Shown one piece after another: positions 8,784 to 19,980 of a stretch of 64,000 nucleotides of DNA. The stretch is from the NCBI GenBank assembly GCA_965249555.1, contig OZ252243.1, forward strand, positions 1,056,001 through 1,120,000, in the 5' to 3' direction. The position numbers and the translations under genes were made by a program. Every line of letters begins with the position of its first letter. Within the stretch, counting starts at the first letter, position 1. Under the pieces are notes generated by a model that saw only the letters and a list, made by a program, of their open reading frames with translations, was not told the DNA's origin and did not search any database. This stretch comes from Nitrosopumilus sp. (lineage in GTDB: Archaea > Thermoproteota > Nitrososphaeria > Nitrososphaerales > Nitrosopumilaceae).

Positions 8784-9932
8784 ATGGAATATCTTTCAAT
8801 GCTCCCAGGTCCAACAAATGTACCTAATAGAGTAATGAGGGCAATGCTTGCACCTATCATTAATCACCGAAGTGATGATTTTGTTGAGTTATACACTGAT
8901 GTTGTTGAAAAAACTCAAAAAGTATTTGACACACAAAATGATATTGTGGCTCTATCTGCATCTGGAACAGGCGCAGTAGAGGCAGGAGTAATTAATCTAG
9001 TTAAAAAAGGTGATAAAATCATAATTCCTGTAAATGGAGAATTTAGTAACAGACTATCACAACTTATTGAAGGTCAAGGAGCTAATGTTGTTAAACTCGA
9101 AACTCCACCGGGACAAAATGCAACTTTTGATCAAATAAAAGAAGCATTTGATAACAATAAAGATGTTAAAGCATTCTATGTTGTTCACAACGAAACTTCT
9201 ACTGGAACAATGGTAAATTATCTTGATAAAATATCTGACTTGACATCTAGAAACGATGCATTTTACGTTGTAGACTCTGTTTCTTTACTTGGCGGCGTTG
9301 AACTTCCAGTAGATAAATGGAATATTGATGTATGTCTAACTGGAGCACAAAAGGCACTTGCTGCTCCTCCAGGCATTTCACCAATATCTGTAAGTGCCAA
9401 AGCCAAAAAATACATGATAGCAAACCCACCATCTACAATGTACTTCAATTTAGCCAGATACTTCCAATATTACGAAGAGTCAAAACATACTCCATTCACT
9501 CCTGCATTACCTTTACTTTATGCATACAGAGAAGCACTAACAATGATGTTAGAAGAAGGACTACAAAATGTCTATAAACGTCACAGAATTTGTTCTGATG
9601 CATTATACTCTGGATTAAGTGCAATTGGCTTAACACCATATGTTACAAACGAAGAAGATCGCTCGATTTCCATTGTTGCATTAAATTATTTGGATGGACT
9701 AGAAGACAAAACTTTCAGAAGTACACTAGCAGACAAATTCAAAGTACTGGTAGCAGGTGGATTTGGAAATCTTAAAGGAAAAGTATTCAGAGTTGGATGT
9801 ATGGGCGAAGTTAGTCCATATCACGTAATGCGTACCGTTTCTGCAATTTCATCTACATTAGCAATGATGGGATATGATACAGATGCTAAAGCAGGACTTG
9901 ACACTGCAGAAGAAAAACTAAAAGCTCTCTAA
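8784..9932 (+). CDS. Class V PLP aminotransferase (alanine-glyoxylate/serine-pyruvate type)
   Basis: PGPT, HNETSTG, VDSVS, TGAQK (PLP lysine) and FRVGCMG. Confidence 0.92.
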   Translation: MEYLSMLPGPTNVPNRVMRAMLAPIINHRSDDFVELYTDVVEKTQKVFDTQNDIVALSASGTGAVEAGVINLVKKGDKIIIPVNGEFSNRLSQLIEGQGANVVKLETPPGQNATFDQIKEAFDNNKDVKAFYVVHNETSTGTMVNYLDKISDLTSRNDAFYVVDSVSLLGGVELPVDKWNIDVCLTGAQKALAAPPGISPISVSAKAKKYMIANPPSTMYFNLARYFQYYEESKHTPFTPALPLLYAYREALTMMLEEGLQNVYKRHRICSDALYSGLSAIGLTPYVTNEEDRSISIVALNYLDGLEDKTFRSTLADKFKVLVAGGFGNLKGKVFRVGCMGEVSPYHVMRTVSAISSTLAMMGYDTDAKAGLDTAEEKLKAL

Positions 9933-10238
9933 ACTCTGTTAACTTGATATCATAAAGTGATTCTTTCGCGTTAACATATGCTTGAATCATAGTAGATAAC
10001 AACTCGTTTTTTTGTTTACTACTTGGTTATTCTGAAATATTATTTTTTAAAATAAGAATTATAGAAGAATCTACTCATTATCTTTTTTTGTTTCTAAATT
10101 CACGTTTGATTTTACAACGTAACTTAGAAGATTCTTCTCACAGTTGAATAGATTTTTTGCATTCAACTTTAGGTTTGAACTATTCTCACTAATCATCTTG
10201 GTAAAGTAAATAGGAAGATCTTACTAATAACAATAACG

Positions 10239-11210
10239 CTAAATCTGTATTTTTAGAATTATGCCTAAGATGGCTAAGATTATAGGAATAAAGAACCACC
10301 ACTTGAATTTTTCACGCACATCTAAATTGTGAATTAATCCTGCTATTATCAAAGCAGCTCCCATAACTGAAATATCTATTTCTAGAATTTTTGTAGAAAT
10401 TAAATCTAAATCAATTATACTAGGAATCCGAGAACAATTTTCATTCATGGGATAGCATGTTTTTGATAATATTGTAACAAGTGGAGCTATTATCAATATA
10501 GCAAGAATACCTTTTACGAATGATTTAGTTTTCTTAGCTGGAGTAAAAAAATAATTAATTGATGTTTTAGCTTGTATCATTGGATTAACTCTAATTGTAA
10601 TAGAATTTGAATACTCATTAAAGTAAAATAGATCTCCGTTCTTATTTTTCCAACCTTTAGAATAATCTTTTTGTAATTTTTCTCCCAAGCCATTAGTTTT
10701 TGTAATTTTTTTCTTATCAAATTCATAATCTTTTGGCGGTGTAATAATATAGAAAACTTCATGATCAGATTCAGAAAGAAATTCAAGATCAAAAGAATTT
10801 ACACTATCTTCTTTTTGTGCATCATATTTCATAATGATAACTATAGAATCATTTGGATAGAATTTTTTGTCATGAGGTAATTTTATCCATAAAAGAAATA
10901 TTTTGTAATCTCGTATATCTTGTAAAAATGATGTAATTGATGCAATCTATGTTAGATCTTGTGAATCACTAATAGTTTGCTCCATTAATGCAACAGTGTA
11001 CTTGTTTGTAATTAGAGGAAGTATAGTACCATCAGAATCAAAAATTTTGAGATTTGGTAATAATTTAGATACTTTGATGAAAATATTATCAACTCCATCT
11101 TTATTGTCAGTTTTAGAGATTAATGTAAACTCACGCTCTAATTTTCTAGTATCTGTAGAAACATGATCGATAAAGAAACGTTCTCTAAGAATCTCAATTT
11201 CTGTGCCCAT
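10239..11210 (-). pseudogene. Hypothetical membrane protein interrupted by one in-frame TAG (10947-10949)
   Basis: ORFs 10947..11210 and 10239..10832 are in the same frame, and the 38 codons between them are open (IASITSFLQDIRDYKIFLLWIKLPHDKKFYPNDSIVII). Confidence 0.75.
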
Positions 11211-11534
11211 TATACTTAGAGGAATCTGTATTTTTTACCATGTTCGTATTTGTTACTTCTGTGGATATAACGTATGTGTCCAAAAGTTTTGATCTTAAAT
11301 TTTCTAACGTGTAAATATTTTTTACACTACTATGATATTCATATTGGGCATAATTTTGACAATATATTACGATGATCGCTACATCTAAAACTAATCAAAA
11401 AGTTTTGAAAAATGATCGTAACTAGTTTTTCATTTACGAATTTCAGATAACATATAGTAACTTACACTAATAGTTTTAATCTGTATAGCCTAAAATCGTG
11501 TAACTTAATATTAGGAAATTCGAGACCGATCACA

Positions 11535-12281
11535 TTGACTTTCAATAAAGGCTCATTAATTCTAATAGACTATACTGCAAAGGTAAAAGACAGTGACGAA
11601 GTCTTTGATACAACCATTGAAGAGGATGCAAAAAAACATTCCATTCATGAACAAAATGTCAAATATCAACCAAAACTAGTTTCTATTGGTGAAGTATCTT
11701 ATCCTGTTCTCAAAGGATTAGATGAAGCCCTAGCAAAAACATCTGTTGGAGATAAACTTACAGTTGAAGTTACACCTGACAAAGGTTTTGGTGAAAGAGA
11801 TTCAAAAAAAGTTAGAATGATTCCTATTAGAAAACTAGGTGAAGATGCAGAGAAAGTTTCAGTAGGCGATACAATTGAAGTTGACAATAAAAGAGGAATT
11901 ATTCGTTTAATGGGATCTGGCAGAGTCCAAATAGATTACAATCACAGATATGCAGGAAAAACAATTCTATATGATGTAAATGTAATCAAATCACTTGATT
12001 CTCCAAGTGACAAGGTAGATGGAATTCTTAAAAACAGATTACCTGTAGAGGACTCAAAAGTCGCATTTGACTTGAAGGATAAAGAAGTAAACATTACAAT
12101 TCCTGAAGAAATTTTACGTGCAGATGGTTTACAAATAATGAAACACTTTATTCAATTAGATATCTTCAAGTTTGTTCCAACTTTAGAAAAAACAAGTTTT
12201 GTAGAAACACATGTCAATAAACAAACTCAGGAAAAGAAACCTGAAACAAAAGAAAAAGCACCTGAACAAAAGGCTGCTTAA
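11535..12281 (+). CDS. FKBP-type peptidyl-prolyl isomerase (archaeal long SlyD-like)
   Basis: IDYTAK...VFDTT, PDKGFGER and IDYNHRYAGKTILYDV. Confidence 0.92.
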   Translation: MTFNKGSLILIDYTAKVKDSDEVFDTTIEEDAKKHSIHEQNVKYQPKLVSIGEVSYPVLKGLDEALAKTSVGDKLTVEVTPDKGFGERDSKKVRMIPIRKLGEDAEKVSVGDTIEVDNKRGIIRLMGSGRVQIDYNHRYAGKTILYDVNVIKSLDSPSDKVDGILKNRLPVEDSKVAFDLKDKEVNITIPEEILRADGLQIMKHFIQLDIFKFVPTLEKTSFVETHVNKQTQEKKPETKEKAPEQKAA

Positions 12282-12282
12282 A

Positions 12283-13347
12283 TCAAATTACTTTAGTACT
12301 CTTTGCAAGGCTTAATGCTCTTTTTTCAGTCATTTTAATTTCTTTTAAAATCGTATATCTCTCTGGTCGTAGTCCTTGTGCCATAGTTAGAGCTTTTATT
12401 ATTACATCTGGTTTAAGACCAATTTGTTTTGCAGTTGTTGGGGCTCCAACGTCTTTTAGTGTCTTTACAATTTTTTTCCAATCCTGTCCTTGTAATTTTG
12501 CCATCATTATAGAACCAATCCCACACTTCTCTCCATGAAATCCAATGTCTGGAGCAATTTTGTCAAGTGCGTGTGAAAAAAGATGTTCTGCCCCAGAACA
12601 TGGTCTACTACTTCCTGCAATACATGATGCTACTCCTGCACTGATCAATCCTTCTACAATCACCCTTGCATCCAATCCTTCCTTTGCAAATTTAGAAGAG
12701 TTTTCCATAACTATCTTAGCACTCATCATGGCTAGATCTGCTGCATATCTTCCATAGTATTCCTTCTTCTTTTTGTGACCTAATTGCCAATCCTTTACTG
12801 CTATAATATTTGCAATAAGATCTCCACAACCACTAGCTAACAACCTAGCAGGAGCTTTTCTAATTATATCAATATCTACAAAAACACCCATAGGTGCAGA
12901 TGCCACAATCGAATGTGGCAAGTCACTTTTTATAGAAACAAATGGACTTGCCATTCCATCATGAGAAGCTGCAGTTGGCAAGCTTACAAATGGTTTACCT
13001 AAATTATATGAAATTAATTTTGCTGTATCTACAGAACGACCTCCACCAATTCCAACTATTAAGTCAGAATTGTCTTTTTTAACATCTTTTTGAATTTTAT
13101 TCAATGATTTTATCTGATTATCTTTTGATGTATGCCAAATATATCGAATTTTTTTTGTTTTCAGAGATTTTTCAATTTTTTTCCTTAAAACTTTTTGAAC
13201 GTTTGTTCCAGATATCAAAGAAACTTTTTTTGGTTTGTTTAATGAATTTAGAAATTTTCCAAAATCACCAATATTTTTCTCACCAATTTCAATGAGCCTA
13301 GGAAGTTCCATCGTATGCGATTGCATGCGATCTTGATTTTTTGTCAT
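12283..13347 (-). CDS. egsA: sn-glycerol-1-phosphate dehydrogenase
   Basis: GIGGGRSVDTAK, PTAASHDG, SRPCSGAEHLFSH and HGEKCG. Confidence 0.95.
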   Translation of the reverse strand: MTKNQDRMQSHTMELPRLIEIGEKNIGDFGKFLNSLNKPKKVSLISGTNVQKVLRKKIEKSLKTKKIRYIWHTSKDNQIKSLNKIQKDVKKDNSDLIVGIGGGRSVDTAKLISYNLGKPFVSLPTAASHDGMASPFVSIKSDLPHSIVASAPMGVFVDIDIIRKAPARLLASGCGDLIANIIAVKDWQLGHKKKKEYYGRYAADLAMMSAKIVMENSSKFAKEGLDARVIVEGLISAGVASCIAGSSRPCSGAEHLFSHALDKIAPDIGFHGEKCGIGSIMMAKLQGQDWKKIVKTLKDVGAPTTAKQIGLKPDVIIKALTMAQGLRPERYTILKEIKMTEKRALSLAKSTKVI

Positions 13348-13414
13348 TATTTATGATTTTCAGGGATCAAAAAGTTATTTAAAAGGGAACCTGCAATCCA
13401 TTTTATCTTAATAG

Positions 13415-14056
13415 GTGTATTTTATGTCAAACAACGTTGAAGAAAAAATTCTGCATGGGACTACCACTGTAGGTATCAAAGCTACCGATGGTGTTGTATT
13501 ATGTGCTGATATGAGAGCAAGTGCAGGTTATTTTATTGCAAACAATAACACAATGAAAATTCAAAAAATTGATTTGCACGCAGGATTAACCTTGGCTGGT
13601 GGCGTGGCAGACGCACAAAATATTGTTGATATTTTACGTTATCATTCTAATTTACATAGAGTTGAAAAACAAAGTCCAATCTCAATTCATTCACTTGCAA
13701 GACTCTGCTCATTGATATTCCATCAAAATAGAGGTTATCCCTTCATGGCTGATATCTTACTTGGTGGTTATGATGCAAACGGTCCTACATTGTTTAATAT
13801 CGATATGTTTGGTTCAGTTGAAGAGAAATCATATGTTACAACTGGTAGCGGTTCACCAGTAGCTTATGGTTTACTTGAAGAAGAATATCAAAAAGACCTT
13901 ACAGTTGAAGAAGCAAAAAAAATAGCTCTACGAGCTGTTAAAGCTGCAATAGTTAGAAATATTGGTACTGGCGATGGAATTAACATCGCAGTAATGGATA
14001 AAGATGGATTCCGTCTTTTAACCGATGAACAAAAGAAAGCAGTCATCGAACTTTAG
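13415..14056 (+). CDS. psmB: Proteasome beta subunit
   Basis: Short propeptide then HG/TTTVG (catalytic Thr1); GSGS motif. Confidence 0.95.
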   Translation: MYFMSNNVEEKILHGTTTVGIKATDGVVLCADMRASAGYFIANNNTMKIQKIDLHAGLTLAGGVADAQNIVDILRYHSNLHRVEKQSPISIHSLARLCSLIFHQNRGYPFMADILLGGYDANGPTLFNIDMFGSVEEKSYVTTGSGSPVAYGLLEEEYQKDLTVEEAKKIALRAVKAAIVRNIGTGDGINIAVMDKDGFRLLTDEQKKAVIEL

Positions 14057-14063
14057 TGATTTT

Positions 14064-16001
14064 ATGCAAAGAAAACAACAACAAAAAGAATTACCTTCTA
14101 GCCAAAACATAATGGCTACCATACTGCAAAGTATTCCCAAAGAGGCCGGTGTTACAAAAATTGAATATGAAGGACCACGAATTGCGCTTTACACAAAAAC
14201 TCCTCGTTATCTAATGGAAAATAATGAATTAATATCAAATCTTGTCAATGTAATCAAAAAAAGAATTGTTGTAAGAACAGACGAATCAATTAGAAAACCT
14301 GAAGATGAATCTAGACGAATTCTTGCAGAATGTATTCCAAAAGAAGCAAATCTACAGGGAATTATTTTTGATACAGCCACTGGTGAAGTCTCAGTTGAAG
14401 CAAAAAGACCTTGGTTGTTACAAAGAGATGCAAAGGAATTCAATCATGCTGAAGTTACTGAAAAAACAGGATGGAAATTACGTATTAGAAAATCTACAAC
14501 CATACCTTCACGTACAATTCAAACGATCAATGCAACTCTAAAACAATACTCTTCTGAGAGGAGTAAACAACTCAAACAAGTAGGTGATGAAATTTTCAGA
14601 CCTAGACTATCTCAAAGAACTGAAGTTTCTCTTTATACTCTTGGTGGATTTGGCCAAGTTGGCAGGTCCTCATTATTACTATCCACTCCTGAAAGTAAAA
14701 TATTAATTGATTGTGGAATTAATCCTGGCGCTCGCTCGCCAATGGATGCATTTCCAAGACTAGATTCTCTAAATCTGACACTAGACGAACTTGATGCAAT
14801 AGTAATAGGACATGCACACTTGGATCATACTGGATTCTTACCAACATTGTGTAAATATGGCTACAAAGGACCAATCTATTGTACAGAACCAACACTTCCT
14901 ATGATGAATCTAATTCAATTAGATGCAATCAAAGTAGCTTCTGCACAAGGCAGAACCCCAATTTACTCAGAACGAGATGTTAAACAAGTCATGAGACAAG
15001 CAATTACTTTGCCATATGGAACTGTTACTGATATTTCTCCTGACATAAAATTAGTTCTTGCAAATGCAGGTCACATTTTAGGTTCTGCCTTGTGTCATTT
15101 TCATATTGGAAATGGTAATCATAATTTTGTTTACTCAGGCGATATAAAATTTGGAAAAAGTATTTTGTTTGAAGCTGCTAGTTGGAATTTTCCAAGAGTA
15201 GAAACATTGTTGATTGAAAGTACCTATGGTCTTAAAGAAGATATTCAACCAAGTAGACAAGAGGTAGAATCTGCTTTCATTAATGCAGTAAACAACACTT
15301 TGGCAGATGGAGGAAAAGTTTTGATACCTATTCCAGCAGTTGGTCGTGCACAAGAAATCATGATGGTAATTGATCACTATATGAAATCAGGAGAAATGAT
15401 TGAAGCACCAGTATTTACAGAAGGAATGATTTCTGAGGCATCAGCTATTCATGAATCATATCCAGAATATCTGGCAAGAGAACTTAAACAAAAGATCTTA
15501 GAAACTGATGATAATCCATTTGATTCTGAATATTTCACTAATATTGAACATGCAGATGCCAGAGAAGAACCAATGAGAGAAAATTCACCATGTATTATTT
15601 TAGCAACATCAGGAATGTTAGAAGGTGGTCCTGTTTTAGAATACTTCAAAAACATTGCACCTGACAAAAAGAACAAAGTATTGTTTGTTTCCTACCAAGT
15701 TAATGGAACTATGGGAAGAAGAGTTCTTGATGGTTCTAAACAAGTATCTATGTTGGGAAAAGAAGGCAAAATTGAAGTTGTTACTATCAGTAGTAGTGTT
15801 GAAAGACTAGATGGATTCAGTGGTCACAGTGATTATAATCAGTTGATGTCATTTGTACAAAGACTAAGACCAAAACTTAGAAGAGTTCTAGTTAATCACG
15901 GAGAACGTAAAAAATCAGAAAATCTTGCTATGAATATTAGACGAATGTATAGAGTACCTGCTCATTATCCTCAAATTCAAGAAGCAATAAAATTATTTTA
16001 G
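14064..16001 (+). CDS. fttA: Beta-CASP ribonuclease aCPSF1 / transcription termination factor FttA
   Basis: N-terminal KH domains, HAHLDH, AGHILGS, ESTYG, FSGHSD and NHGE; conserved position after psmB. Start moved to ATG 14064. Confidence 0.93.
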   Translation: MQRKQQQKELPSSQNIMATILQSIPKEAGVTKIEYEGPRIALYTKTPRYLMENNELISNLVNVIKKRIVVRTDESIRKPEDESRRILAECIPKEANLQGIIFDTATGEVSVEAKRPWLLQRDAKEFNHAEVTEKTGWKLRIRKSTTIPSRTIQTINATLKQYSSERSKQLKQVGDEIFRPRLSQRTEVSLYTLGGFGQVGRSSLLLSTPESKILIDCGINPGARSPMDAFPRLDSLNLTLDELDAIVIGHAHLDHTGFLPTLCKYGYKGPIYCTEPTLPMMNLIQLDAIKVASAQGRTPIYSERDVKQVMRQAITLPYGTVTDISPDIKLVLANAGHILGSALCHFHIGNGNHNFVYSGDIKFGKSILFEAASWNFPRVETLLIESTYGLKEDIQPSRQEVESAFINAVNNTLADGGKVLIPIPAVGRAQEIMMVIDHYMKSGEMIEAPVFTEGMISEASAIHESYPEYLARELKQKILETDDNPFDSEYFTNIEHADAREEPMRENSPCIILATSGMLEGGPVLEYFKNIAPDKKNKVLFVSYQVNGTMGRRVLDGSKQVSMLGKEGKIEVVTISSSVERLDGFSGHSDYNQLMSFVQRLRPKLRRVLVNHGERKKSENLAMNIRRMYRVPAHYPQIQEAIKLF

Positions 16002-16271
16002 ATCGTATTCTGGTTTCCAGATCTTTATACTAGATGGAGCAACAATAATCCTTTCCTCTCCTAATCTTGCAATATCTGCACCAGAATTTTTTGCAATAGA
16101 ATACAATTCTTCAACCACTTTACGAAGTTGTTCCACATCCTTTTGTGCTAGTGGTGTAACTCTTAGAATCAAAATCATCCCTTTTTTGATATCTTCTTTG
16201 ATGGAATGAACATCACTGATGTCTCTAATCGTTATAGCCTTTAGATATGTGGGGGTTTCTTGTTTTTGCAT
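15993..16271 (-). CDS. sepF: SepF-like (DUF552) protein
   Basis: IKEDIKKGMILILRVTPL...GADIARLGEERIIVAP matches the archaeal SepF pattern. Confidence 0.8.
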   Translation of the reverse strand: MQKQETPTYLKAITIRDISDVHSIKEDIKKGMILILRVTPLAQKDVEQLRKVVEELYSIAKNSGADIARLGEERIIVAPSSIKIWKPEYDLK

Positions 16272-16344
16272 CCTTGTTGAAAATCCGATCTACTCCTTCA
16301 AAAACTCTTCCTTAATACTAACTAATTTTTTGAAAATTTCACGC

Positions 16345-17352
16345 CTACATTCTGAATTTGATGTAAGATTGCTCTTCTGCACTTTCAGTACTAATTTCTT
16401 CAGATGAGTTCTTGTTTTTGACTAAAACAATTCCATGTTGATTTTTTGGTGCATCTGAATATCTTAGTGTCACAGCTGATGCAAATTCTACATGGGCTTT
16501 TGCATTTTTACCACGTAAAATTGAAACTGGTCCTACATAGTCTTTAGCTTCAAGTAAAATATCTCCTGGTAATGCTATTGCTTTAATCATTTCATTTTCA
16601 TCTTTATTTCTTCCAACAACAAATTTTGTTTGTTCATCTAATCTAAAGTGTCTTCCAATTTTTAACAAATCAACATCATTAATCGTTGGAGTTTCAATGT
16701 GCTCAAACAGATCTTTTGCTTTAATTCCAAATTGTGGTTCTGTTAACAGACAACCACCACCTGCATTAGGTGGATTTTCAATTCCATATTCTTTTGCCAT
16801 TTGTAATTGCGTTCTTCTTGTTCTACCTCTAATCATTCCAAGATTTTCTCTTTTGATCAATCCATCTTTCTCAGGATCTGTCTCTGGTAGTAATCCAGCT
16901 GACAATGGTCTTACAATTTTTCCAACAAGATTTGATTCTTTTTCAATAGTTCTTAATGCAGGTGCATGTTGACTCATTGGACGTTGGCCTAATACTTCAC
17001 CTGATATAATAAATTCTGCACCAATTTCTTCCATGTGTTTTTTTGCAGCATCAAACATCATAGTTCTACAATCAACACACGGGTTAAATCCAGCACCAAT
17101 TCCATGTTTTGGATGTTTTAACATCTCAATGTATTCATCACCGAGATAAACTGTCTTTAAATTGATATTAAGATCATCAGCTCTTTCTCTAATTTCAAAT
17201 CCACACCCTCTCCCACAATCAAAATCACAAAAAGGAGTTTTTATTGCAACAGCTGAAACTTCAAAACCCTGTTCTTGCATCATTCTTACTGCAAGCTGAC
17301 TATCTAATCCTCCTGATAGTAACGCAACTACTTTCTTCTTCTCTTCTGTCAT
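16345..17352 (-). CDS. ThiI/MnmA-like PP-loop tRNA thiolation enzyme with DUF814-like C-terminus
   Basis: SGGLDS PP-loop, NPCVDC, GEVLGQRPMSQ, GGGCLLT and GRHFR. Confidence 0.85.
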   Translation of the reverse strand: MTEEKKKVVALLSGGLDSQLAVRMMQEQGFEVSAVAIKTPFCDFDCGRGCGFEIRERADDLNINLKTVYLGDEYIEMLKHPKHGIGAGFNPCVDCRTMMFDAAKKHMEEIGAEFIISGEVLGQRPMSQHAPALRTIEKESNLVGKIVRPLSAGLLPETDPEKDGLIKRENLGMIRGRTRRTQLQMAKEYGIENPPNAGGGCLLTEPQFGIKAKDLFEHIETPTINDVDLLKIGRHFRLDEQTKFVVGRNKDENEMIKAIALPGDILLEAKDYVGPVSILRGKNAKAHVEFASAVTLRYSDAPKNQHGIVLVKNKNSSEEISTESAEEQSYIKFRM

Positions 17353-17423
17353 AAAGATTCAATCTAAATTTCCATATACAAACTTTACATCATACATAAA
17401 TTGAGAAACAGAGGTTTTTTTGT

Positions 17424-18488
17424 ATGAAACAGCGTAGAAAAAATCTTCTAAAATATGCACAAAAGATCGGCTGTGATACACTAGTCACATTTGAGCCTGA
17501 AAATTTGTTTTACATGACTGGATTTTGGGGTGAGGCAATAGGATTACTTGAAAAAAATGGAAAAACAACCATCATTGCTCCAGAACTTGAAGTGGGAAGA
17601 GCAAAAGGAGAATCTGAAGATTGTGATGTAATTACAGCAGAACGTGGAACAGGTTTGATTTCTTCTCTTATCAAAAAAATTAAGAAAAACCAAGTTTGTA
17701 CTGATTGCCAAAACTATTCTATTATGATATCTCTGAAAAAATCTATTCCAAAAATCAAGTCATCTACAGAACCATTTTACAATTCTCGTATCATTAAGGA
17801 TGAAACAGAAATCCAAATACTCAAAAAAGCTTCTAAAATCATAGATGAAATGTTCGATATTTGCTCAAAAAAGATGAAAGTAGGTCAAAAAGAATCAGAA
17901 TTACAAACAATTTTGATGATATATGCAATGGAGCAGCAAATGTTTGATACTGGATACAAATCTACACTTAATCCTCTTATTATTGCTGGAGGTCCTAACG
18001 GTGCTTTACCTCATGCTCAAGTTACTCAGAGAAAATTCAAAAATGGTGATCTTGTAGTAACTGATCTTACACTAAGATACAAGGGATATGTTTCAGATGC
18101 AACTAGAACATTTGCACTTGGAAATATTTCAACTCAAGCAAATGAAGCATATGAAATCGTTAAAGAATCTCAAAAACTTGGTCTAAAAGCTGTTAAACCA
18201 AATACAGATTGTAAAGATGTAGATTCTGCATGTAGAAAATACATTGAAGAAAAAAACTACGGTCAATACTTTATTCATTCTACTGGTCATGGAATTGGAT
18301 TAGAAGTACATGAGCTTCCAACTATCTCGTATCGAAGTGAAACAAAATTAAAAGAAAACATGGCAATTACTGTAGAACCTGGAATCTATATTGAAAATAA
18401 ATTTGGAATTAGAATAGAAGATTCGTTAATTGTAAGAGATCGACCTATTGTAATGCACAAATTTACTAAAGATTTAGTCACAATTTGA
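17424..18488 (+). CDS. Xaa-Pro peptidase (M24)
   Basis: PHA, GYVSDATRT, HSTGHGIGLEVHE, TVEPGIY and GIRIED. Confidence 0.95.
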   Translation: MKQRRKNLLKYAQKIGCDTLVTFEPENLFYMTGFWGEAIGLLEKNGKTTIIAPELEVGRAKGESEDCDVITAERGTGLISSLIKKIKKNQVCTDCQNYSIMISLKKSIPKIKSSTEPFYNSRIIKDETEIQILKKASKIIDEMFDICSKKMKVGQKESELQTILMIYAMEQQMFDTGYKSTLNPLIIAGGPNGALPHAQVTQRKFKNGDLVVTDLTLRYKGYVSDATRTFALGNISTQANEAYEIVKESQKLGLKAVKPNTDCKDVDSACRKYIEEKNYGQYFIHSTGHGIGLEVHELPTISYRSETKLKENMAITVEPGIYIENKFGIRIEDSLIVRDRPIVMHKFTKDLVTI

Positions 18489-18490
18489 GC

Positions 18491-18973
18491 TTAATCATAA
18501 AAATCTACTAAATCAATGATGTATTTTGATTCTTGATTATTTGATGTAATTTTCTCAGAATCCATATCTACATTCCAATCATAATTCATTTCCCCTTTGT
18601 GTGACTTGAAATTTAAAATAACTTGATATTCTTCTGAATCTATATTTGATACAGTTAGTTCAACGTTGGTTTTTTTATTGTCATAAATTTTTTCGTCTGG
18701 GTATTTTTCGCTAATTTTCATTGAAATTGCATCCATTACAGTTAATCCAGAATTATTTGGTCCATCATATCCCATTAAAATATCAAGAACCTGTTGTTCT
18801 TCAGCTGTAAGTTCTGGGAAAGTACCTTCTAAATCCCCTTTCATTAAATCGGGAACTATGAAGAGCATGAATAATCCCATCAAACCAAGATAAATTGGTG
18901 CTCTTTTTCTAAGAAATGCTTTAAAATCAGATTTTTTTGGTTTTTCTTCTTTCTCTTTTCTATCTTTACCCAT
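18491..18973 (-). CDS. Hypothetical single-pass membrane protein
   Basis: Basic N-terminus, one TM helix, acidic external domain. Confidence 0.65.
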   Translation of the reverse strand: MGKDRKEKEEKPKKSDFKAFLRKRAPIYLGLMGLFMLFIVPDLMKGDLEGTFPELTAEEQQVLDILMGYDGPNNSGLTVMDAISMKISEKYPDEKIYDNKKTNVELTVSNIDSEEYQVILNFKSHKGEMNYDWNVDMDSEKITSNNQESKYIIDLVDFYD

Positions 18974-18991
18974 TTCTATTTCTCCGAATCT

Positions 18992-19846
18992 CTAGTATTT
19001 TGCAGTTAAAATTAAAACTTGCCATGGAAATACAATTTCTCCATTTTTCTTTGTGTATTGAGTTGATTTTTCTTTTACTAACTGTTTCAATTCTTTTCTT
19101 TTTGAATACTCTAACGCATCTAGCTTTTCTTTTAGAGGTTTTGCAATGTATTTGATATAATTTCTCCAATAGTCTTCAAATTTTCCAGGACTATAATGAA
19201 AAACAAATTCCTTTACAGATATCTTTGAAAATCCTGCTTTACTGATCTCTTTTCTTAATGCAGATTTTGTACCGAACCTATCAAGATTTGGTGAACCTGG
19301 AGGGACATAATCTGGAATGTATTGAATTACTGAATCTAAAATACTACTAAAAAAAGGAACTTTCTCTTTTTTTCCGTGAACTGAAATTCCTATTTTGCCT
19401 GATTCTTTGAGGCTATTTCTCATATTTTTTAATGCTTTTTGGGCATTTGGAAAGAAAAATAGTGCATACTGACAAGTAACAATATCGAATTTTTTGGAAA
19501 AATGAAACTTTTCTGCATCGACATTCACAAAATCCAAATTTGTTTTTCTTTCATTCCATTTTTTTGCTATTTTAATTGCAGTAATAGAAGTATCAGTACC
19601 TATAACATATCCCATATTGCCAATTTTTCTTCGAATTTTTTTTGTTACTACACCTGTACCACAAGCAAGATCTAATACTGTATCACCTTTGTTGATGTTT
19701 ACTAATTCTATCAATTTTGCAGTACTTTGAAATGGTCCTATACTTTCACTAGCCCATCTTTTATGATAACGTGGAGCAACTTCGTTCCAAATTTTCATGT
19801 TTCTTTGTTTGTATTCAGAATGAATGAGTTTCATTTGTAGAATCAC
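18992..19846 (-). CDS. Class I SAM-dependent methyltransferase
   Basis: VLDLACGTG motif I, DAE and FDIVTC. Confidence 0.9.
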   Translation of the reverse strand: MILQMKLIHSEYKQRNMKIWNEVAPRYHKRWASESIGPFQSTAKLIELVNINKGDTVLDLACGTGVVTKKIRRKIGNMGYVIGTDTSITAIKIAKKWNERKTNLDFVNVDAEKFHFSKKFDIVTCQYALFFFPNAQKALKNMRNSLKESGKIGISVHGKKEKVPFFSSILDSVIQYIPDYVPPGSPNLDRFGTKSALRKEISKAGFSKISVKEFVFHYSPGKFEDYWRNYIKYIAKPLKEKLDALEYSKRKELKQLVKEKSTQYTKKNGEIVFPWQVLILTAKY

Positions 19847-19980
19847 TTAATCTATGACATATTTTATGTAATCTCTTTTAGATCAGATTTTAGCATTCTG
19901 CCAGTTTCATGATAGTAAAAATAATCTATGGTCAGATTCAATTTGTAACCTAATTATACTGTAATTTTGAATCGAATTTA

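Noticed and set aside
9933-10238. Possible ncRNA or MITE in the long spacer (GTTGAAT...ATTCAAC hairpin near 10143-10167)
   Set aside because: Only a short AT-rich inverted repeat, with no TSD, second copy or GC-rich structure.
10947-10949. Pyrrolysine or recoded TAG
   Set aside because: TAG serves as a normal stop for psmB, panB, amt and atpE in this window, and no pyl genes are visible.
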